Below are positions 45,011 to 52,505 of a DNA stretch of 64,000 nt, one piece after another. The notes beneath the pieces are model-generated. The model ran no database searches. It was not told where the DNA came from and was given only the letters and a program-made list of their open reading frames with translations. The position numbers and the translations under genes are program-made. Source of the stretch: an uncultured Thermoanaerobaculia bacterium (GTDB lineage Bacteria > Acidobacteriota > Thermoanaerobaculia > Thermoanaerobaculales > Sulfomarinibacteraceae); contig CAZXMW010000001.1 in NCBI GenBank assembly GCA_964641415.1, forward strand, positions 66,545 to 130,544, in the 5' to 3' direction. The number at the start of each line of letters is the position of its first letter. The first letter of the stretch is position 1.

Positions 45011-45026
45011 TGGCATCGGACTTGCT
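45011..45026 (+). promoter_or_regulatory. Sigma-54 (-24/-12) promoter TGGCATcggacTTGCT
   Basis: GG at 45012-13 and GC at 45024-25 with canonical spacing. GGAGG (45043-47) and ATG 45053 follow. Confidence 0.7.
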
Positions 45027-45052
45027 CAGGTTCGGGGTACACGGAGGCTACG

Positions 45053-45457
45053 ATGATCCGCCGACCTGCGACGTCCCAGACCGAGCCCGCCACCCGCGCG
45101 GCCCTCCTGGGCCTGTGCTCCCTCGCCCTCCCGATCGCCCTCCTGGTCAGCCCACCCCCCGTCGCAGGCGCGTCCGGATCGGTGTCCGTCACGATTCGTG
45201 TCGAGGTCGACCCGGTCGATCTCCACGGCGGTGGTCTCCTCGATGGCGCGCGCGCAGGCGCCGACGAGGTCGCCGCCCTGCTCGCCCCGGTCCTACGCCG
45301 ATCGTTGGCGGCGCGCTATGCGCCTTCCGAGATCGACCGGATCGTCGACTCCGTCGCCGACGACTGCGTCGTCGTGCGAGACGGCGAGGTCGTTGCGCGG
45401 ACATCGACCGATCCGGCGTCGCTGAGCCGCGACGGCGAGAGTGTGTTCATCCTCTGA
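45053..45457 (+). CDS. Small secreted protein of unknown function (134 aa)
   Basis: ATG 45053 follows GGAGG. Signal peptide is ...ALLGLCSLALPIALLVSPPPVAGASG. It is the first gene behind the sigma-54 promoter. No family recognised. Confidence 0.6.
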   Translation: MIRRPATSQTEPATRAALLGLCSLALPIALLVSPPPVAGASGSVSVTIRVEVDPVDLHGGGLLDGARAGADEVAALLAPVLRRSLAARYAPSEIDRIVDSVADDCVVVRDGEVVARTSTDPASLSRDGESVFIL

Positions 45458-45544
45458 ACACCGCAGGATCATGAAAGGGCAAGGAAGGGGCGAGAGCAGC
45501 CATGGCAGCCGGCTGGTTCGGGCGACGCAAGGTGGTACCCTGAA

Positions 45545-48055
45545 ATGAGCATGCCGGTTCGAAGCAACAAGCTCGCCATGCCGCCCGAGCAGGCGATGCG
45601 CGCGCTGCGGCGCGGCGAGTTCGAGTCCAGCGATGAGCGCGACTGGCTGCTCGACGTGGTCAGCCAGGCGCAGGTCTCCGAGCCGCGCGAGTTTCTCTGG
45701 ATGCTGTTCACGCCCGACCGTTCGCTGCGCGAAGCGGGCTCGGAGCTGGCCCGCGGTTGCCGCGACGTGACGCTGGTGGATCGCTTCGTCGAGCACTGCC
45801 GGCGCGCGCCGGACGCCGCGGTTCGTGCCGCCTGCGCGGGCCTGTTCGCGGCTGCTGTGCCGGGTACCGAGCAACGCCTGCTCGAGCTGGCGTCGTGCGA
45901 CGACCCGATTGTCGCCGGTCTGGTCAACCGCATCGCCGCAGAGGCGCCGCCGTCGAGGGCGCTCGAACCTCTGTACTGGCAGCTCGCACGCTCCGGCGCC
46001 ACCGCCGGCCAGCGCGTCGTCTTCATCGAGCGGCTCGCGGCCCTGGGCCTCGACCAGGGCGGCCTGGACCGGTGGCGGGAGCTCGCCGACGACGAGGAGA
46101 CGCCGGTGCGCGAGGCGGCGCTGAGCGTGCTCGCGGCGACGGCCGCAGAGAGCTGTGTGGAGCTCCTGATCGCGGCGTTGCCGGAGGTCGGATACGGGGT
46201 CCAGCAGCACCTCATCGCCGGTATCGCGAGCGTCGCCGTCGCCCGGGGTCCCGAGTTCGCCGACCGCGTCCTGCCCCTGATGGCATCCGGCGATCCCGGG
46301 ACCCGGACCGCCGTGCTCAAGATCCTGCTGCAGATGGGGGACCGGAGGGAGCTGGTCAAACGATATCTGAACTTCTCGCGCACGCTCGCGGGCTGGATCC
46401 GGGACCGCGCGCTCGAGTCGATGCGGGAGTTCGGCCCCGATCTCGCCGAGCCGACCATCGAGCTGCTCGGCGATCCCGACGAGTCGGTGCGGGGCGCGGC
46501 GGTCCTGGTTGCGAGCTCCTTCGAGGACCCGAGGGTCGTGCCGGCCACCCTGCCGTTGCTCGAGGACCCGGACTGGTGGGTGAGGATCACCGCCGCCGAA
46601 AGCCTGGGCCGGATCGGCGACCCCCGGGCGGTTGCCGCCCTGTGCGAGGTGCTCGACGAGCCCGAGACGCGGTGGGCGGCAGTGGAGGCCCTCGGGCGGA
46701 TCGGCGATGCCCGGGCGCTGCCGGCGCTCGGCAAGCTGCTCAAGGACCCCGCCGCCGAGGTCCGCATCGAGGTCCTGCTCGCGCTGCGCAACTTCCGGCA
46801 CCCGCGCATCCTCAAGGTGATCACCGGGGTCGCGGCCAACGATCCCGACCGAGTCGTGCGGGCGCGCGCCCTGGAGATTGCCGAGGAGCTCGCGACCCGC
46901 GACGAGACCGAGCTCGACGACCACAAGGCGCTGAAGGCCCGGGCGCACCGGCTCGGGGTGTCCGACGGCGAGCCGAGGCTCCACGGCCTGCTCGTGACGA
47001 CCCGGGAGCGGGAGGCATCGGACCTCCACCTGTCGGTCGGATGCGAGCCCACGATCAGGCTCGGCGCCGATCTCATCGGGCTCGGCGGGCCGCCCATGAC
47101 CGCCGCCGACACCGAGATCCTGGTTCGCGGCATCCTCACCGAGGACCAGCTGTCTCGATTGCGGCGGGACCGCCAGATCGACCTCTGCTACTACATCCCC
47201 CGGGCCGGCCGCTACCGGGCCAACGTCTTCGTGGACCACAAGGGGACCAATGCCGTCTTCCGGGTCATCGCCGAAAAGCCGCCGACGATCACCGACGTCG
47301 GCCTGCCCTCGCACGTCGCGGACATCGCATCCCACCACCAGGGGCTGGTGCTCGTGTGCGGTCCGGCAGGCAGCGGCAAGACCACCACCCTCGCCGCCCT
47401 GGTCAACCTGTTCAACGAGACCAGGCACCTGCACGTGATCACCCTCGAGGATCCGGTGGAGTTCGTGCATCCGTTCAAGAACTGTCTCGTCAACCAGCGC
47501 GAGGTCGGCAGCCACACGCGGTCCTTCGCCCGGGCGCTGCGGGCGGCCCTGCGCGAGGATCCCGACCTGATCATGATCGGCGACCTGCGCGACACCGAGG
47601 CGATGGCTCTCGCCCTGACCGCGGCCGAGACCGGCCACATCGTCTTCGGCACCCTCAACTCGGTGGACGCGGTCAAGGCGGTGGGCCGCGTCATCTCGTC
47701 GTTTCCGGCCAGCCGGCAGGCGCAGATCCGCGCCGCCCTCGCCGACTCGCTGCGGCTCGTGATCGCGCAGCGGCTGCTGCCAGGGACCGAACCCGGGGCG
47801 CGGGTCGCCTGCTTCGAGATCCTCAAGGGCACGCTGTCGGTGAGCCACCTGATTCGCGAGGACAAGCTCGTCCAGCTGACCTCGGCGATGCAGGTGGGAC
47901 GGAGCAAGGGCATGCAGCTGTTCGACGACGCCCTCAAAGACCTGGTCCGCCGTGAGCGGATCGCGCCCGAGACCGCCTACCTCGCCGCCAACGACAAGGA
48001 CGCCTTCGAGCCGCTGGTGTCGGAGGAGTTCCTCGCGAGCCGGACCTTCCTGTGA
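45545..48055 (+). CDS. HEAT-repeat domain fused to a PilT-family hexameric ATPase (836 aa)
   Basis: The N-terminal 470 aa or so carry PBS-lyase/HEAT-like repeats (DPDWWVRITAAESLGRIGDPRAVAALCEVLDEP..WAAVEALGRIGDARALPALGKLLKDPAAEVR). The C-terminal PilT core reads EASDLHLSVGCEPTIRL, Walker A GPAGSGKTT, HVITLEDPVEFVH, REVGSHT.SFARALRAALREDPDLIMIGDLRD, GHIVFGTLNS. Confidence 0.85.
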   Translation: MSMPVRSNKLAMPPEQAMRALRRGEFESSDERDWLLDVVSQAQVSEPREFLWMLFTPDRSLREAGSELARGCRDVTLVDRFVEHCRRAPDAAVRAACAGLFAAAVPGTEQRLLELASCDDPIVAGLVNRIAAEAPPSRALEPLYWQLARSGATAGQRVVFIERLAALGLDQGGLDRWRELADDEETPVREAALSVLAATAAESCVELLIAALPEVGYGVQQHLIAGIASVAVARGPEFADRVLPLMASGDPGTRTAVLKILLQMGDRRELVKRYLNFSRTLAGWIRDRALESMREFGPDLAEPTIELLGDPDESVRGAAVLVASSFEDPRVVPATLPLLEDPDWWVRITAAESLGRIGDPRAVAALCEVLDEPETRWAAVEALGRIGDARALPALGKLLKDPAAEVRIEVLLALRNFRHPRILKVITGVAANDPDRVVRARALEIAEELATRDETELDDHKALKARAHRLGVSDGEPRLHGLLVTTREREASDLHLSVGCEPTIRLGADLIGLGGPPMTAADTEILVRGILTEDQLSRLRRDRQIDLCYYIPRAGRYRANVFVDHKGTNAVFRVIAEKPPTITDVGLPSHVADIASHHQGLVLVCGPAGSGKTTTLAALVNLFNETRHLHVITLEDPVEFVHPFKNCLVNQREVGSHTRSFARALRAALREDPDLIMIGDLRDTEAMALALTAAETGHIVFGTLNSVDAVKAVGRVISSFPASRQAQIRAALADSLRLVIAQRLLPGTEPGARVACFEILKGTLSVSHLIREDKLVQLTSAMQVGRSKGMQLFDDALKDLVRRERIAPETAYLAANDKDAFEPLVSEEFLASRTFL

Positions 48056-48068
48056 GGGTGGTGGCGAC

Positions 48069-49130
48069 GTGACCGAGAAACGCCGGATCGACCGTTTTCT
48101 GAAGCTGATGAACGACCGGGGTGCGTCCGACTTCCACCTCACGGTCGGCCGGCCGCCCATGCTCCGGGTCTCCGGGGCGATTCAGCAGGTCCGCTACCGG
48201 ACCATCCGGGAGGTCGACTTCACCGAGCTCCTGGAGCCCGTCACGCCGGCCGAGGCGTGGGCCGAGTTCCAGGACACCGGCGACGCCGACTTCGCGTACG
48301 AGCTGCCGGACGTCGCTCGCTTCAGGGTCAACCTGTTCCGCCAGCAGCGCGGCTCGGGAGCGGTGCTCAGGGTCGTGCCGTCGAGGATCATGAATCTGGA
48401 GCAGCTCGGCCTGCCCCGGCAGATCCGCCGCGTGGTCGACATCCGCAGTGGGCTCGTGCTGGTCACCGGGCCCACCGGTTCCGGCAAGTCGACCACGCTG
48501 GCCGCGATCATCGACCTCATCAACGAGACTCGCAGCTTCCACATCATCACCATCGAGGAGCCGATCGAGTTCGTCCACCACAACAAGCGCAGCATCATTC
48601 ACCAGCGCGAGGTCGGTCGCCACGCGGCGAGCTTCACCGATGCGCTCCGGGTCGCCGGCCGACAGGATCCCGACATGATCCTGGTCGGCGAGATGCGCGA
48701 CTCGGAGACGATCTCGATGGCCCTCCAGGCGGCGGAGAAGGGGACCATCGTCTTCGGCACCCTGCACACGAACTCGGCGGTCCGGACGGTAGATCGGATC
48801 GTCAACTCGTTCCCCGCCGACGAGCAGGCTGGGATTCGCGGCGTTCTCGGCGACAGCCTGCGGGCGGTCATCGCCCAGCAGCTCCTGCCGCGGGTCAACG
48901 GCGGGCGGGTCGCGGCGATCGAGTTCTTCCTCGGCTCGCCGGCATCGGCGAACATCATCCGCGAGGGCCGCAGCTCGCAGCTGACCTCGCTCATCCAGAC
49001 CGGCGTCAGGGACGGCATGATCGAGATGGACCAGTCGATCCGCGCTCTCTACGAAGCGGGCGTCGTCAGCGGCCGCGCCGCCTACGACAAAGCCATCGAC
49101 AAGGAGCAGTTCAAGGACCTGCCGAGATGA
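48069..49130 (+). CDS. pilT: PilT-type twitching-motility/retraction ATPase (353 aa from GTG 48069; ORF opens at 47952)
   Basis: GASDFHLTVGRPPMLRVSGAIQQV, Walker A GPTGSGKSTT, HIITIEEPIEFVH, REVGRHAASFTDALRVAGRQDPDMILVGEMRD, GTIVFGTLHTNSA, NIIREGR. GTG 48069 lies 14 nt after the upstream stop. Confidence 0.9.
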   Translation: MTEKRRIDRFLKLMNDRGASDFHLTVGRPPMLRVSGAIQQVRYRTIREVDFTELLEPVTPAEAWAEFQDTGDADFAYELPDVARFRVNLFRQQRGSGAVLRVVPSRIMNLEQLGLPRQIRRVVDIRSGLVLVTGPTGSGKSTTLAAIIDLINETRSFHIITIEEPIEFVHHNKRSIIHQREVGRHAASFTDALRVAGRQDPDMILVGEMRDSETISMALQAAEKGTIVFGTLHTNSAVRTVDRIVNSFPADEQAGIRGVLGDSLRAVIAQQLLPRVNGGRVAAIEFFLGSPASANIIREGRSSQLTSLIQTGVRDGMIEMDQSIRALYEAGVVSGRAAYDKAIDKEQFKDLPR

Positions 49131-49270
49131 GCGCCTGAGCGGTCGCGGGTCCGGCCCGGGCGCGGTCGGATGGGCGTGGCGACCCCCCCCCTGCTGCGAC
49201 CCGCCCGGGACGCGGGAGCGGGCCGTGCGCCCGCAGCGCTTTCCTGCCGGAGTCGGCAGCGCCGGGAGCG

Positions 49271-50347
49271 TCAGGTCTCGGGCGCTGCCGCGGCCGAGCG
49301 ACCGCCGCCGAGCAGGCGCCGTGCCGCCTCGATGTCCGGCGCGAAGACGTCGGCGCCGAGCTCCCGCCAGAGCTCGGGCGCGACCCGAAACGCGGCGCCG
49401 CCGAGGACGATTTGCAGCTCGCCGTCGAAGCGGGCGCGCGCTGCCTCGACCAGCCTTCGAACGGACGGGATGTTGAAGAGCATCGTCGTCGAGATCCCGA
49501 GAGTGTCGGCGCGGTGGCCCGCGACCGCGTCGAGCACGCCTTCCAGCGGCAGGTTCGAGCCCAGAAAACGGACCGACCAGCCGTCGCTCTCGAGCACGTC
49601 GGCCACCATCTGGGCGCCGACCTGGTGCAGCTCGCCCTCGACGCCGGTGACCACCATCCGGCCCGTTTCGGCGCCCGTTGCCGGCGCCCGGCCGGAGTCG
49701 ACACGGGCCATGACGTACTGGGTGATGGCGGTCGCCATGTGCTCGTCGGCGACCGTGATCCGGTTGGTCTCCCACCGGCGTCCGACCTCGACCAGCGCCG
49801 GCTGCAGCACCTCGAGGTAGAGCCCGGCCAGGTCGTGGCCGCGGCGGAGGAACTCGTCGGCGACGGTCGACGCGGCCCTGCGGTCGCCGAGCAGGATCGC
49901 CTCGACGAAGACCGCGGCGTCCTCGCCGTAAGCAGGGTCGCGGGCGCCGGGCGCGTCCTCCCCGCAGGTCGCGACGCCGGCTGCAAGCATGGCCCTGACC
50001 GCGCGGCCGGCCTCCGGGTCGAGGCGGTGGTCGAGCAGCCCTGCAATCAGCTCGAGGGACTCGACGAGCGCCGACCGCGGCACCTGCCGCGACTCGAGGA
50101 CCACGGCCGTCCAGCGCACGAAGTCCGTGAAACCGCGCTCGGCGCCGGTCTCGACGGCAGCCGCGAGGAAGCTCATGATGAACGCTGCGTCGTCGCGGGT
50201 GTGACGACGCCCGCGCTCGCCGAACCGCTCGGCGAAGTCCGGATGGCGGTCGAAGTAGATGCGGGTCAGGTCGTCGGCGACGGGATCGCTGAGCTGGCGC
50301 AGCGCCGCGCCCCAGCGCCGGCGGGTCGAGCCATCGACGTGGTTCAT
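49271..50347 (-). CDS. Stand-alone cobalamin (B12)-binding protein with CarH-type photoreceptor motifs (358 aa from ATG 50347)
   Basis: The Wx9EH motif (RWETNRITVADEH) and lower-ligand motif ExHxxG (GELHQVG) are followed by a Rossmann-like B12-binding fold (..GWSVRFLGSNLP...ADTLGISTTM..). No MerR or other HTH domain. ATG lies 2 nt after the upstream stop. Confidence 0.85.
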   Translation of the reverse strand: MNHVDGSTRRRWGAALRQLSDPVADDLTRIYFDRHPDFAERFGERGRRHTRDDAAFIMSFLAAAVETGAERGFTDFVRWTAVVLESRQVPRSALVESLELIAGLLDHRLDPEAGRAVRAMLAAGVATCGEDAPGARDPAYGEDAAVFVEAILLGDRRAASTVADEFLRRGHDLAGLYLEVLQPALVEVGRRWETNRITVADEHMATAITQYVMARVDSGRAPATGAETGRMVVTGVEGELHQVGAQMVADVLESDGWSVRFLGSNLPLEGVLDAVAGHRADTLGISTTMLFNIPSVRRLVEAARARFDGELQIVLGGAAFRVAPELWRELGADVFAPDIEAARRLLGGGRSAAAAPET

Positions 50348-50349
50348 TC

Positions 50350-51279
50350 TCACACCTCGCTCTTTTCCGGTGCGTCGTGGTCGGAGATGCCGAGCTCCCG
50401 GGCACAGTCGGGACAGTAGCCGTGACTGAGGAACAGCGAGTGCGCCTTGAGATAGTCGACCACGGTCTCCCAGCGTAGCTCGCCGGTCTTGACCCGTCCG
50501 CACTCCATACAGATCGGCAGCACCTCCTGAATCTTCTTCAGGTGCCAGTAGGATGTGTTGAGCTCGTTGACGGTCCGCTCGAGCTCGGCGCGCGCCGCCT
50601 CGAGGTCGCGGGCCTTGCGGGCGTCGTCCCGGGTCAGCACGATGAGCTCGGCGTTGAGCTCGAGGAGCTGGCGCCGGAGCTTCGCCTCGCGGCCCCGGGG
50701 CGGCGCCCCGAGAATCAGCGCCCCTCCCGGAACCCGCTGGATGCGGCAGGTGAGAGTTTCAGGCAGGCTCGTCGGGCCGGCGAGGTTGAGCAGGAGCTCG
50801 ACCGGCTCGCCGGCCTCGTCGGCGATCGCGGCGGCGACGGTTCGCGCGTCCGGCTCGGTCAGGAGCTCGGCGACGGGCCGGCCCGCGAGGGCCTGAGGCG
50901 CGGCGCCGAGCAGGTCGGCAATGGCGCCGCTCGCCTCGATCACGGCGCCCTGCCGGTCGACGGCGAGCCAGTGGGCATCCTCGGGATCCGCCAGCAGGCG
51001 CTGCAGCAGCTCCATGGCGCCGGCGGCGAGCCACCCCGAGTCAGGTCTGAGTTCGGCCCCTGAGGTGTCGAAGCGCGCCACGACCTCGACCTTCTCGGGC
51101 TCGGCGTCGAGGAACCGGCCGAGGGCCTCGTCGTCGCTCCACCGCGCCAGGAACTGTCCCCTGGTTTCGCCTGCGCCGATCTCGACGGCCAGGCAGCCGG
51201 GCGTTGCCAGGGCCCGCCCGGCGACCCCGCCGGCATCGCCGGCATCTCGGGCGACAGCGAGGATCGCTGCGACCGTCAT
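50350..51279 (-). CDS. Sensor-like protein: N-terminal alpha/beta domain, PAS-like, coiled coil, C-terminal Cys4/His zinc-ribbon (309 aa from ATG 51279)
   Basis: AAGGTG RBS. The PAS-like block reads WLAVDRQGAVIEASGAIADLLG..LAGRPVAELL. The coiled coil reads AKLRRQLLELNAEL...ELERTVNELN. The C-terminus reads LPICMECGRVKTGELRWETVVDYLKAHSLFLSHGYCPDC. Confidence 0.75.
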   Translation of the reverse strand: MTVAAILAVARDAGDAGGVAGRALATPGCLAVEIGAGETRGQFLARWSDDEALGRFLDAEPEKVEVVARFDTSGAELRPDSGWLAAGAMELLQRLLADPEDAHWLAVDRQGAVIEASGAIADLLGAAPQALAGRPVAELLTEPDARTVAAAIADEAGEPVELLLNLAGPTSLPETLTCRIQRVPGGALILGAPPRGREAKLRRQLLELNAELIVLTRDDARKARDLEAARAELERTVNELNTSYWHLKKIQEVLPICMECGRVKTGELRWETVVDYLKAHSLFLSHGYCPDCARELGISDHDAPEKSEV

Positions 51280-51688
51280 CTCACACCTTTGTCGGGGCTG
51301 AAGACTCTGCCGATCATCTGCCTGTCCATGCCGTGCCTCGCGTCCCATGCAGAGGTCATCATATACCCCACCATCGCGTAGGCCCACGGGGAGGCGTCGC
51401 CGCGCTCGACGTCGACGGCTTCGAAGCTCAGCCCGCCGCTCCGGGGCCGCCGGTTCCGGCTCGTCGTGCATAAAATCGTCATCTTCCTCGCGTCCGGGTG
51501 TGCGTCGTCGTACACTGAGAGCAGGGTGAGGGTCGGTCGACATTGAACGCGTCGAGCCCGGAGCGCGCGACCGGCTTGACAACCCGGTGTCGAACGCAAG
51601 CTCGGCGGGCCCGGAAAGAGGCCGGTCGAGGACGGGAGGCCGGCGACGAGCGGGACCCGGCCCCGAACCAGCCGGATTGGGAGGGTTC

Positions 51689-52450
51689 ATGACCGACCGC
51701 GACGACAGGGCGCGACCGTCACGCCTGGGATCGGTTCCGCGCCAATCCGAAGATCTCGTCGCCCCGAGCGCTGCCGGTCGGCGCGCCGACGACAGCCGGA
51801 CGATCATCGCTGCCCTGCCGACGGAGATTCGCGACAACCTCGAGCGCTCGATCCTCGGGCGCGACGACCTTCACGTCCGCTTCGTCGCCGAGCTCGAGGT
51901 CGCGCTCCAGCTCGTCTACCGCCGGGCGCCTGCTCTGCTGCTCGTCTACGACGCCGGCGCCGGCGAGGTCCCGCGGCTGCTCGCCGGCCTCGAGCGCGCC
52001 GTGAAATCGAACACCTTCCCGGTCATCGTGCTTGCCGAGTTCCCTGACGAGAGCTACCCGCGGATCGTCACTCGGGCCCTGCCGGTGGACATGGACGCCG
52101 GTGAGCTGAGCGTCGTCATCGCCCAGGCGGTCCAGCTGCCCACGCGTGCCCGCCGGCGGCATCTCATTCGGGTCGGTGTCCGCCTCGACGATCCCATCAG
52201 CCTCGCGGCCACGGGCAACACCGTCGACGTCAGCGCTTCCGGCATGCTCATCGAGTGCACCAAGCGGCTTCGGGTCGGCGACCTCTACCAGGTGTCGATC
52301 CTCGGCGTCGGCGACGTGCCGATGCTCAGCCTGCGCCTGGTTCGCGAAGCCGACGCGTCCCACCCCAACCTCCATCGCTACGGCGGCGCCTTCGAGGGCG
52401 TCGAGCCCGACGTGGTCGAAGAGCTGATCCGCCGCCTCGCCGACGCGTGA
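51689..52450 (+). CDS. PilZ-domain c-di-GMP receptor with degenerate receiver-like N-domain (253 aa)
   Basis: GGGAGGG lies upstream of ATG 51689. PilZ motifs are RARRRHLIR (RxxxR) and DVSASGMLIE (D.S..G). The N-domain resembles a receiver (ALLLVYDAG...PVIVLAEF) but lacks the acidic pocket. Confidence 0.8.
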   Translation: MTDRDDRARPSRLGSVPRQSEDLVAPSAAGRRADDSRTIIAALPTEIRDNLERSILGRDDLHVRFVAELEVALQLVYRRAPALLLVYDAGAGEVPRLLAGLERAVKSNTFPVIVLAEFPDESYPRIVTRALPVDMDAGELSVVIAQAVQLPTRARRRHLIRVGVRLDDPISLAATGNTVDVSASGMLIECTKRLRVGDLYQVSILGVGDVPMLSLRLVREADASHPNLHRYGGAFEGVEPDVVEELIRRLADA

Positions 52451-52505
52451 CGGCGTCGCCGCCCGAGCGAGCACCGCTTTTCATTACCGCGGAAGGACTG
52501 CCGGG

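Noticed and set aside
45293-50405. Minus-strand ORFs 45293-48160 (955 aa) and 47934-50405 (823 aa)
   Set aside because: They are antisense to the PilT genes, or off-frame to the B12-binding gene, all of which carry unambiguous motifs.
51466-51476. TGCATAAAAT as an extended -10 promoter for the PilZ gene, and TTGACA at 51574-51579
   Set aside because: The TG-to-hexamer spacing is off by one for an extended -10. The TTGACA has no acceptable -10 at 16-18 nt. Neither can be supported without transcription start data.
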